A stretch of DNA of 64,000 nt, from positions 124,001 through 188,000 of the forward strand of contig NIVC01000955.1 of the NCBI GenBank assembly GCA_002269645.1. The letters run 5' to 3'. Origin of the DNA: Macrostomum lignano (Eukaryota). The notes under the pieces were generated by a model. That model was not told where the DNA came from and did no database searches. It saw nothing but the letters and a program-made list of their open reading frames with translations. The stretch's first letter is position 1, and every line of letters starts with the position of its first letter. The translations under genes were made by a program, and so were the position numbers. Positions 1-24,200 of the stretch are shown here, in pieces.

Positions 1-400
1 TAGTCACCCTTCCCAGGTTTGGGAATAAAGACTACCCGAGCTTCGGTCCAGCACTTAGGCACATACCCCAGCTGGATAGAGGCCCGCATGAGATTGTGGG
101 TAAGTCTTAAGGACGAGGGTATCTTAGCTGATTCGCGAAGAAAAACAGAGTAGATACAGTACCATCGGGTCCAGGAAATTTGAAAGGTTTGAAGGTTCTG
201 ACGGCGCGGGTGATTAAGTCTTCAGTGACAATGCCCGCCGCTAAATCCATCGAATGGTTGTGTTCCGGTCTAGCAGTGGGTACTCTCGGGAGCAATGTGC
301 TGAGCATATTCTGAAGCACTTCTTCAGGCTCTTTTGTTAAAGAGCCATAATCTTTTGGGGTTTAGATGGGTCCCCGTCCCCAGTTAAAACTTTCTTATCC
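1..400 (-). mobile_element. Degenerate non-LTR retrotransposon RT fragment (R1/LOA-like), runs off the window edge
   Basis: Minus strand reads TKEPEEVLQNMLSTLLP...RTFKPFKFPGPDG and, after a frameshift, NLMRASIQLGYVPKCWTEARVVFIPKPGKGD, the RT N-terminal blocks typical of R1/LOA/Jockey-type LINEs; frameshifts and stops present. Confidence 0.8.
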
Positions 401-1340
401 ATAGTCGGCTTCAAGGCCATGATAAAGGTTGGTGAGCCACCCTAGAAGGGGGTGGTACCCACCCGGCCACACCACCTGACCGGGTAGTAGGCCAAAAGAA
501 CCCTCAAGGCTGGCCCGATACAAAGAGGGGGACCGCTTGCGACCGGACTACTCCCCGGCCTTCCAGCCCATCGGCACGGTCGAGCACCTTAGCCGTTAAG
601 CAGTAGATGGTGAAGCTCGCGGGGACGAGTAACCCTGGGTCGACTTGGGCGACAGCGTCGGGGAGTCTGAGGCTGCTGGAGACAAAATAGGGGGTGCAGA
701 CTCCCACCAGCCTTAACCTGGTGATGATAGAGGCAGGCGTGAAGCGGCGCAGACCGTAGCCCATAGGCCTACTCTGTCTCATAATTCACTGGCGTGCTCA
801 ATACGCCTTTGCAAGCTCTGAAATGGAGAGTGGCTGATAGACTCTTATCTCACGTACATCTTCGCTACTGACCTCTGATCGTCTCTTTAGGTGCCTTATC
901 TTTTCACTTTCACTTATTGCACTTGGTGACCTAACCTCACCTCGTTTTGGCGTTCTTCTACTTTGCTTCTTTTTATGTGGCTTATATTCCTGCGGATTTT
1001 CAAATATTCAAATTAATGTTGCCGCGCACCTTCAATCCGACACTTTCCAATCTTTCTGTAAGGTACTTCGAAGTAGTTCCGGAAAACTTGAGCCTCCAAA
1101 ATTTCCAAGAAACAGAACGCCATTTCTTCCAGAAGTGGTCCTTGACAACAGCTTGTGCAATTACGGTTGGGCTCCTTAAGAGCACCAGCCAAGGCGCAGA
1201 ATGTAATTTATGATATTTATGAATTTATGAAGAGCAATTATTAGTTTCTGACAATCGTTTATTAATTTCGCAGTTGATTGGTTTTTTTCAAGTTAACTTA
1301 AAATTTGCGAATAAACAGATCGCTGCTATAATGCGCTAAA

Positions 1341-2399
1341 TCAATGCAGAAACTCGGTCTTTAGACGGTTATTCAATCCGTGATGCTTGTACGTGACGTT
1401 GTTGAACTTGCAGATCTCAGTCTCCGGCACAATCATGCTCAGAGCCAATGTCTTAATTGGGGCGTCGCCCCATCTGTGCGTGTAGAATCCGCCCAGAGAG
1501 TCCACGTACTCTAAAAAGTCCCTGTACTGCTGGGATCGCCAGACCTGCAGACTGGAGACCTCGAAGTTGTTGTAGAACACTTCGTCTCGCTTGAGCCGGT
1601 CGAAGAAGGTCGGACGATCGCCCTCATTCGCATGTAGTCTGTGGCCACTTGGAAAGTTTTGTGCGCGCAAGTGTCAAAAATAGTCTGCACGTAGCCATAG
1701 GAGCAGCGAGCATCTCGGAGAGCTGCAAACAGGTCGAACGAGATCGGCTTCTCCAACACTGAATCGTCGTCCAGTCTGAATTGGTAGTCAAAGTGCCTCA
1801 TCATTGGCTCCTCGTAGATCAGTTTTGAATGAAACCTGCACATACTTCTGTACCCGATGCTGTCCCTGCCGCCGCAACCTTTTTTGGCGGCTGACCGAAC
1901 TCGGCTATGTAGGAGCTGGGGACGCTCATGTCCACCTGTTGAAAGAATATTGAGGACAAGTTGAGAAGAGGATTGAAGCCGATGGATCTCACTGCAGCCA
2001 GGTACGGTTGGAAGTCCGCCTCGTGAAATACAATAACTGGATAGCCGAACTGGTTGTTGAAATTCGCGTACAGTTTCTGCAGACAGTGCTTCAGCTTCTT
2101 CTGCCGCGGTTTATAGGCCAGAATGGTGATGACCGCTTTCAACGAGCTGGTGGTGACATTGTGTTCTGACGCCAACTTGATGTACTGCTGCAGACTCTTG
2201 TCTTCGGCTGTAATATTGAACAAGTGTTCATCTCTGATGATTGGTGCTGCCGCGTTGCTGGAGTGCCTTGTCTTCAGGTGTCGGCTGCCAGCAGGTGACT
2301 GCAGCTGATAACACCAGAATAAGGCAGTGGCTGCAGCCACAAGCAGAATGCCCACTGTGGTGGTTAGTCGGTGCGCCGAAAATACTTCATTGAGACCAT
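1341..2399 (-). CDS. Glycosyltransferase family 15 (Kre2/Mnt1/Ktr-like alpha-1,2-mannosyltransferase), intronless, type II membrane topology; three apparent 1-nt frameshifts (pseudogene or assembly indels)
   Basis: Motifs GYRSMCRF, FDYQFRLDDDS, YGY, FYNNFEV and GGFYTHRWGDAPIKTLAL are spread over ORFs 1819-2442, 1511-1843 and 1341-1670; N-terminal TM segment TVGILLVAAATALFWCY; ATG at 2399. Adding one base each near 2380, 1883 and 1615 gives about 353 aa. Confidence 0.85.
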
Positions 2400-2962
2400 G
2401 CCGGCTCGGTAATTGCCAACTGCGCTGTTGCCCGTTTTCCAATCAGTGCAGCTTTTTATTTTAAATATGCGCGCTCTCATTACTACTGCACCCTACAAAA
2501 ATATCCACCTATCTGCATAGGCCATTGGAATTCAAAACTTCTGAGTCGTGCGCAGACATTTTGATAAGCTTAGCAGCACAGAGGGTAGACAATAAATTTA
2601 TGCAGAGGGTTGGGGGTGGAGAGGATCGAGGTTCTGTATGGAAAGACTTGAGCTAAGGACTACTTCGAAGTATTATAACTATCGGATGCAAAACGAGGGG
2701 GGTTTGCTGGAGTTTCGAAGGCAAGGCGATTTTTTTAAACTAAAAAATGATACATCGAAATCTTCGTTCTTCATATTTTGCCGTTAAAGAATTTTAGATT
2801 TTCATAACGATATCCAACCCTGAGGAAATTGCAGCGTCCGTCCAACATGGCCCACGAGTGATCCCGGGCGTGATCGAGGTTCAGTCCCTCCACTTCTACA
2901 CTACTTATGCAGTGAATGAAGTAGCCACAAGCGAGTATTATAATTATTAATTGTATTTTCAG

Positions 2963-3297
2963 GCGTCTTGTCGCCAATTCTGGCCAGCCGGGTTACTCGC
3001 CGCGGCACAGTGGAGGAATGGCGCACCGTTTTCCTAGTGGCAGCCTGCGTTCACGCAGTCACAGTGGCCTGTTACTACTGCATGGCTTCGGGCGACCCGC
3101 AGCCATGGTCGGACCCCAGCGAGACTGTCAGACTTATTGAGTCCTCGGCGACCTCGGCCCCAACAGCTGCTGTGAAGCCGTTCCGAGACAGCGACGACAC
3201 GGACGAGACTGAGGATACGAAGGAACAACCAGCGGAAGCCATTCAAACGGAGGAATGGCACGAGAAGAGTCAAATTTTGGGCGACAGGATGAAGTGA
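2963..3297 (+). CDS. Terminal exon of an SLC17-family (sialin/vesicular glutamate transporter-like) MFS transporter; upstream exons not found in the window
   Basis: Acceptor ttgtattttcAG at 2961-2962; (G)VLSPILASRVTRRGTVEEWRTVFLVAACVHAVTVACYYCMASGDPQPWS matches the SLC17 C-terminal helices (EEW..VF...ASGE.QPW); stop at 3295-3297. Confidence 0.8.
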
Positions 3298-4867
3298 CTT
3301 AGAAAAGGAAACCCTCTTCCATAGCCTGCGAAAAATTTAATTTTAGAGTCTTCAAACCACTTGTTACAACGGCGGACAGCCAATCAGCGCAAAGGAAAAC
3401 CTTCCTCAAGGTCGCGGAGTGAGGTGGCTGGCGGCCGTGCAAGTATATTTCAAGAACGAGTCTTATTACTTTGGTTGTTACGAGCGTAGCAGCTGGACTC
3501 CCAGCCAATCAGCACGAAGGAAATCCTTACCCCGCTCCAAATATTCAAGGTCACGGGTGAGGAACGGTTCTTCTTTCAAGAGTCGCACAACAGAGATCTA
3601 TTTATAGAACTACGTAGCTATATTAGCAGCTGAACTCCCAGCCAATCAGCGCCCGCGCTAACGAAACCCTTTACCTCCTAATATTCAAAGGTCGTCAGTT
3701 TGTCTTGGCCAAATGTTTGAGGCTTTGGAAGAGGGTAAAAGTCTAACAATCTACCTATACTAAATGTCCAAAATTAGTTTGTCTGTAACGCTCTAGAGAT
3801 TGAACTGATTGACCATAAGATATTTATATCCGGTAATCGGGAACAATGCATTCAATTTATACCAGTAAGAAATAACTCTACTTCAATAAGTAAACTAAGA
3901 GTGAAAATAATCTTTCAAATCGGATTGGATATTTTGCTGTTAACGGTATACTCGTAGTATTGTCGGGTCTGTCTGCTATAACTGCACTCAACCCTGGTGT
4001 GTTTTTATGCGTCTTTCCAAGATTGTTATGCACAGGTGTAAACAAAAATGCAAATAAATAAACATTAAAAACTCAAAGTTTTATCAAACAAGCTTTACCA
4101 AAGAAAATTTGGCAAGTAAATTTATTTTAATTTAGAGGTTTATTATGCAAAACAAATAAAAATCCATTCCAGCTATTGGGTGAAGAGATTAAATGTAGTG
4201 CTTCCAGGAATAACACAGGCGAGCACAGAGAGCAGGTTTATCTGGTAATGTCTTTGCTTTCTAAGAAACACAATTGGAACACGACCTATTAGAGTTTCAT
4301 TGCGTTGGTACAAAAAAACAAAAAATCATTTTTGCAATAAAGATTCGCTTCGCTGCTTAGTGTGGAGAGGAATCGGAAAGGATCATCAGACCTTCAATGA
4401 CCAGCTAGGCTATCAAAAAATAACAAATTAGAAAACATTTAGCACCGAATAGCTATCGAATTTCTGTCCTTTGTATCAATATTATGCCGATGCAATTTTT
4501 GTTGCTATTTACACCTGACGCTTGATTAAACAATTACTTCTGGGAGAAAATCTATAGGGAAAAAAATTGAGTAAGATTAACAAACACTTGATTAGCTATT
4601 CTCATAATGTGATTAGCAAGGACCACTGTAGTATAACAAGACGTAAAAATCAAAGATCGTGCATTTTTGGAGGCCGATTTCTTAGAAAAAATACACTGCG
4701 GCGACAATAAAAACCCTTTTATCAAAAAATCAACGATGGCATTTGACCGGGGGCAGTGAAGAGTATTTTCCAGGAAATCGGCCTCCAAACATTACACGAT
4801 CTTTGAGTTTGACAGTGGTCCTTGGTGATTAGTCAGGCACCCGAATGAATCGAAGTCAAAGCTGAAG

Positions 4868-4994
4868 GACAAGGACCACTGGAAGTTCCAGTGGACAATT
4901 AATTTGAAAGCCGATTATTACCTTTGTTGCCTTGTTAGCTTTGCTACGAGTACATATAGTTTGATACAGGTGTAACTTCTAGTGGTCCTTGGCT
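4868..4994. mobile_element. Short inverted-repeat (MITE-like) element; related collapsed hairpin at 44828-44873
   Basis: GACAAGGACCACTGGAAGTT (4868) and AACTTCTAGTGGTCCTTGGCT (4974) are inverted; the same arms recur 40 kb away with a 10-nt loop. Confidence 0.5.
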
Positions 4995-5034
4995 ATAGTG
5001 TAGCGGATCACGAGACGAGTTCCACAAAAAACAG

Positions 5035-18393
<13,359 letters not shown>

Positions 18394-19249
18394 TTTGCGA
18401 TCCTGAATTGTTCTGAAATTAATAATATTTCTCTAAATAGGAAGATATAAACTCCTGTCCAGATGAACTCATATAATAGATTTAGAAACAGATTGTTACT
18501 CTGAGCTGAGTAACAAATAAACGATCGAAATCTGTTCGTGGAAACTGTTATTTTAGATATCGAGTAAATCCTTGATTTACCGCTGCATCCTTTTTCGTGA
18601 AAAACGAAAAGCAGGAAAGGGCTTTTGCAAACGGACCTTTGCTGACTTCTTAGTAGTCTTATTTATTTATTTTCGGATTTTTGCTATCTGTTATTCATAT
18701 TTAATAGCCTTCAATTACTTAGCTCTATTCATTGTAATATTCTTAAGTGTGGTTAACTATAAGACCCCAAGTCTTTATTACATGGAAGACTCGTCCGCGG
18801 ACCAAAGATTACTCAATTCTATTAAAAATGGCTAGCTGGAACCAATTGTAAACTACTTTGAGAAATCTATAACTGCAGAGCTAATAGTGGTTAAATGCAA
18901 CGGCTTTTAAATATAGAATTTTATCTTACATAGTTGGCCTATATTCACTCATACACCTTGCATGGCATGTAACTGTCATTATTACGTATTGTCGGCTAAG
19001 CTAATAATTTGTGACAATAAATAATCCATGATTTTTGACAAGCAATGCACGCCATTTATCGATGCATCATGAGCCTAAGACATGCTATTTCCCGCTTCTC
19101 GCAACGGATACTTCGTCTCGTTTGAACAAAAAAGCCTCAATTTATATTACAAGAATAGTTGAAGCAAGAATGAACATTAACCAATGGAACACTGAATTTC
19201 ATTTTTGCAATTAAGATTTTTGATAGCGTGTCAGATAACAGTGGTTACT

Positions 19250-19365
19250 TACATGTCAGTCTCGCTCACCTACTAGGCATGTGAATTTTAGGTAAGTCGC
19301 TATTGGCGCTATTGGCTAGAAACAGTCACGTGACAGCTGTTCCTACATGTCAGTCTCGCTCACCT
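19250..19365. mobile_element. About 72-bp dispersed element flanked by 22-bp direct repeats; second copy at about 24296-24370
   Basis: TACATGTCAGTCTCGCTCACCT at 19250-19271 and 19344-19365 flanks GGCATGTGAATTTTAGGTAAGTCGCTATTGGCGCTATTGGCTAGAAACAGTCACGTGACAGCTGTT, which recurs at 24302. Confidence 0.65.
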
Positions 19366-19390
19366 TCTACCCCAATTTCATACATGTAAC

Positions 19391-19807
19391 ATTGGTTTTT
19401 GCGAGCTATCTCAGCCAAGGAGCAAGCAAACTCATCCATCCCATAGATTTCAATACGACGAAGGAGGTGGTTTGAACCATAGACTATCACGTTTTTTCAA
19501 CCAAACTCATCCAACGGGCGAGCAATCTCAGCCATAGCTTGTTTATTAAGCGAAAAATTTAATTGGTTCGTATATAAGAGACTTTATGATTGTCGCAACT
19601 GAGCCATCGGAGGAGGAGGAGGAAAGAAAGAAGGGAAGAGGAAATGAATGGGCAGACAAGCTATGGCTGAGATTGCTCGCTCGTTGGATGAGTTTGGTTG
19701 AAAAAACGTGATAGTCTATGGTTCAAACCACCTCCTTCGTCGTATTGAAATCTATGGGATGGATGAGTTTGCTTGCTCCTTGGCTGAGATAGCTCGCAAA
19801 AACCAAT
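19391..19807. mobile_element. Foldback/MITE element: 152-bp near-perfect inverted arms with a 113-bp spacer
   Basis: 19391-19542 is the reverse complement of 19656-19807 (one mismatch seen); arms contain CCATAGACTAT. Confidence 0.8.
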
Positions 19808-20619
19808 AGTTGATACCGTTATAATCCAAAATAGAATAGAAAGTAAAGAATTCAAGCTAAGTATTATTTTAATTACTTGCATTTTAGAAAAACATGTTGC
19901 ACTAAATTATAGAGCATCTTGTATTTTAGTTACAGAAAGATGTTAAGTTATATATATTATTATGAATGAATTTTTTGTGCTGAATAGATTGTTAAACTAT
20001 GAAAATAAACCTCAATTAAACGCGACGAGCACCAAATAGCATTTATAGCTTTAAAAATAAATTGTTTTAGCCGCTAGTGAGTGCAAAACACAATAGTACA
20101 TTATGAAAAGAAAAAACTTAAAAATGCTATTTAGAGAACAGATGAAACAAAGACTGAATACAAATATTAAAAGCAGCTGATAAGTGGGCTAAAATACACG
20201 GCGTTACCGTGGTAACAAAAGGTTTCAAATGGTAATAGGATAAACTAAATAGATGGACAAATTAGATTAATAAAATAGCAAAATTATGCAAATTTCGTTT
20301 ACCCTAGAAATAAAAAGGGCTGGAGATGAGAGACCTTGAGTAAATAGGACTTAAGGATACGAGTTTATGAATAAAATGCACATAGCAATACAGGATACGC
20401 TACTAAATACGAGTAGCGCAAGAAGCGCAAATGCGTCAGTTAATAACTAAAGTTGCCAGTCATGTGCACTGTAGAATTCAAAACTTCAGCTTTCTTTCTT
20501 TCTTAGAATTCAAGCCGCTTCAGGTTTTAAAATTCTTGAGATCTGCAACGATTTATTAAATTTGGCTGAATTATATTACTGATAGTAGACTATTGGAGTC
20601 ACTGTCAGACGGAAATGAG

Positions 20620-21110
20620 GGAGCACGGAATGAGATAGGGGATGGAATGAAATTTATGAAGATTAGAGTGAAAGAGGATGATGGAATGTGGAATGAGAGA
20701 TGGGTTATAAGATGGAGATAAGATAGAATAGAATAGGATAGAATAGAGAAGATGAAATAAATATAAGACAGAATGATAGATAGGAAGGAATGAGAATAGG
20801 GTGTAAGCAATAAGATTGACGGATGTGATGAGATTAGAGCCAGAAGGATGAGAGAAGAAAGACAGAAAAGGAAATTAGTGAGATTAGAGTAGCGAGGTTA
20901 TAGAAAAAAGTAATGAGATTAGAGTCGGGTGTAATGAGAATAGAAAAGGAAGGAATGAGATTAGAGTCGGATGTACTGAGATTATAGTTGGATGAAACGA
21001 GATTAGAGTCGAATGTAAGAGTTGAAAGGAATGAGATTAGAGAATGGAGGAATGAGATTAGAGTCGAATGTAATGAGATTAGAGTCGGGTGTGATGAGAT
21101 TAGAGAGACA
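20620..21110. repeat. Purine-rich low-complexity tract with degenerate 21-bp GAGATTAGAGTCG repeats
   Basis: Direct reading, downstream of the NCAPG stop. Confidence 0.7.
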
Positions 21111-21221
21111 AGATGCCAGGATCAGAGGCAGAGCAAAGCAATGGATAAGAAAGAAGCTTAAAAATTGGTGTGCAAAGCACCCAGCCCCACTGCAACAATA
21201 CTTGAAGTAACCCGGCAAAAT

Positions 21222-24200
21222 TTACCGAGACGATTGGCCAGACCGTCGGGACACTTCGCCGTCGGTTCCGCGACGCTGCCGACGACTAGAGGACGACGAC
21301 GGCCTCGGGGTGGCGGCGGACATCTTGGACGAGTTGGAATCGTCATCGTTAGAGTCCAGACCGGCCGTTCTATTGAAGCTCTCCTCGCTATTCATAGTTG
21401 ACGAGGCAACGCGCTGTCGAACGCGAGGCCGACGACCGCCCGCTGTCGACGTCGGCGGCGGTAGCGGCGGCTTCTTGGCGCTGACGGCTGCGGTAGCGGC
21501 CACAGCGGCGGCCCGTCTAGATCGACGAGTAGCGACGCTAGATGTCGCTGAACTGACGCTGGCACCGTCATCAATATCGGCATCGTCGACCTCAGCGACG
21601 GTGACGTCGCTATCGGCGATCGACGCCGAAGTCGAGGCGCGTCCGGACTGACGATGACGACGGCCTGTCGCGTTTGAAGCTCGACGTTGGCTCTGCTGCT
21701 TGCCAGCTGGCGGACGCTGCTTCGAAGCTGACGACACGAATGTCTCATCCAAGTCCTCCTCATCCACCTCGGCCTCATCAACATTCTGCCTCTTCTTAGC
21801 AGACGAGGCGGCGGTGGACTCGTCCGAATTATTATCGGCTTCCTCCGCCAACGGCGCGTGCTGCTTCTTAGCTGATTTATTCGATACTCTCGACATCGAC
21901 GGACGCTTCCGGCCGGCACTGGCGGTACCGGAAGCGGCAGATTTCTGCGGCGGTCGGCCGGCCGGTGTCCGGAAAGTGCTATTAGCTAGGTGGGAATCGG
22001 TGGGCGGGCCAGGCTCCACAGCTGGCACTGGCAGGCCGCCAGGCGCCAGAGTGCTATTCAACAGCTGAGCGGTGGCCGCCGTGCTGGCAGCGGCGCCAGT
22101 TTTATTCCTATTCGAATCCGCGTGCAATTGACCAATAAAGCCGTCCACATTGCCCTGCGAGTCGGGCAGTAGCACCGGTTCCTCGTCGTCATCGTCTAAT
22201 AGGTCGTTCTCTTGACCCCCGTCTCTGGCCGCAGCCGCAGCCACCGTGGAGGCGCCGGCCTGGAGATCGATGCCCAGGTGAGCAGCGAGAGCGTTGGTGT
22301 ACTTAAACAGAGCCTGATTGAGCTGGCGTTCGCGCACTTTTGGCAGACTGGGCAGCAGGGTGTCGAGGACTCGGCGCATACCGTCGGGCCGCATCTGCAG
22401 CAGGCTCAGGGTGCGGATCAGCACCGCCACGCCAACGTTGTTGGGTGACCTGCAGTCGCCGAGGGGGGGTGTCTCTTGTCTATCAGCCTTACTTGATAGA
22501 ACCGCTTCTAACCGCTAGGTCAGGTAATCCCACTAGATTGCATCCATACCCAATCCGATAGACTTATCTTTACCCACTAGCTTTATCTCTATACTCCAAT
22601 TAATACTCATCCTTATCCTGCCATATCCATAGCCTCACCCGTAGATTATTAGCCTCACCCGTAGATCGCTAGCCCCACCCACTAGATCGTTAGTCTCACC
22701 CACTAGATCGTTAGCCTCACCCGTAGATCGCTAGCCTCACCCGTAGATCGTTAGCCTCACCCACTAGATCGTTAGCCTCACCCGTAGATCGCTAGCCTCA
22801 CCCGTAGATCGCTAGCCTCACCCGTAGATCGCTAGCCTCACCCACTAGATCGTTAGTCTCACCCACTAGATCGTTAGTCTCACCCACTAGATCGTTAGTC
22901 TCACCCACTAGATCGTTAGTCTCACCCACTAGATCGTTAGCCTCACCCACTAGATCGTTAGCCTCACCCGTAGATCGCTAGCCCCACCCACTAGATCGTT
23001 AGTCTCACCCACTAGATCGTTAGCCTCACCCACTAGATCGTTAGCCTCACCCGTAGATCGCTAGCCCCACCCACTAGATCGTTAGTCTCACCCACTAGAT
23101 CGTTAGTCTCTCCCACTAGATCGTTAGTCTCACCCACTAGATCGTTAGCCTCACCCACTAGATCGTTAGCCTCACCCGTAGATCGCTAGCCTCACCCGTA
23201 GATCGCTAGCCTCACCCGTAGATCGCTAGCCTCACCCGTAGATCGCTAGCCTCACCCACTAGATCGTTAGCCTCAGCCGCTAGATCCATAGCCATCTCCA
23301 GCTAGATTCATAGCAAACTACAGCTAGATCCATAGCTTTATACAGCTAGATCCAAAGCCATCTGCCACTAGAGCCATAGCCTACACTGACAATTTCATTA
23401 GCCAAAGCCATCTGCCACTAGAGCCATAGCCTACACTGACAATTTCATTAGCCAAAGCCATCTGCCACTAGAGCCATAGCCTACACTGACAATTTCATTA
23501 GCCAAAGCCATCTGCCACTAGAGCCATAGCCTACACTGACAATTTCATTAGCCAAAGCCATCTGCCACTAGAGCCATAGCCTCACCTGACAATTTCATTA
23601 GCCAAAGCCATGCCCAGCTCATCGTGAGCCGGCTGCTCTAAAGCATCCAAAGCGGCCTCATCCAAAGCTTTGTGATCGCGCAGACTCCTAGCATCGGTGA
23701 GCAGCACTAGCAACTGGGCGGCGTGGTTGTGATCCACTTCGAACAGACGAGAATTGGGCGGCGCTTTAAACAGCGTGTGCAACGAATACACAGCGCTCTT
23801 AGCAACAGCCAGCTGGTACTCCGGCTTAGTGAAGCTGTAAGCCGGAAAGAACTGCGACAGGCAATCGTGCAGCCGCTGATCCCGGCTCGTGTCCGGATTG
23901 AACCAGAGCAGGAATAGTCGGGACACCAGCTTAGGCGCGTTCACGTGGCCAAATAATAATAGACGCGATAGGCCTTCGGCGCATATTGTACGAATGATTG
24001 ACAGCTCGCTATCTAGCTGAGAGATTGGATAAGCCAGCAGAGAGGAGACCACTTCGCTAGTAGTTAGATTGCTCTCGGCTGCAACCGGCGTGGCCGGGAC
24101 AGATGTAGCGCTAGAGGCCAGCGACTGCTGCGACGGTAGCTTTGTAGCGAACAGGTCTTTGTGGGGCACGGCGCGGGGGATACGGGATGGCAACGTTACT

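Noticed and set aside
504-1213. ORFs 504-782, 947-1213 and 1000-1185 as genes
   Set aside because: No recognisable motifs or consistent splice structure.
19277-19300. Spliced-leader RNA gene (GCATG...GGTAAG)
   Set aside because: The ATG is not adjacent to the GT donor, no Sm site follows, and the sequence is part of a dispersed repeat.
21310-21919. Antisense and alternate-frame ORFs over GC-rich exons (also 5779-6555, 39848-40769, 54530-54848)
   Set aside because: Shadow ORFs expected from GC-rich coding sequence; splice signals and homology support the other strand or frame.
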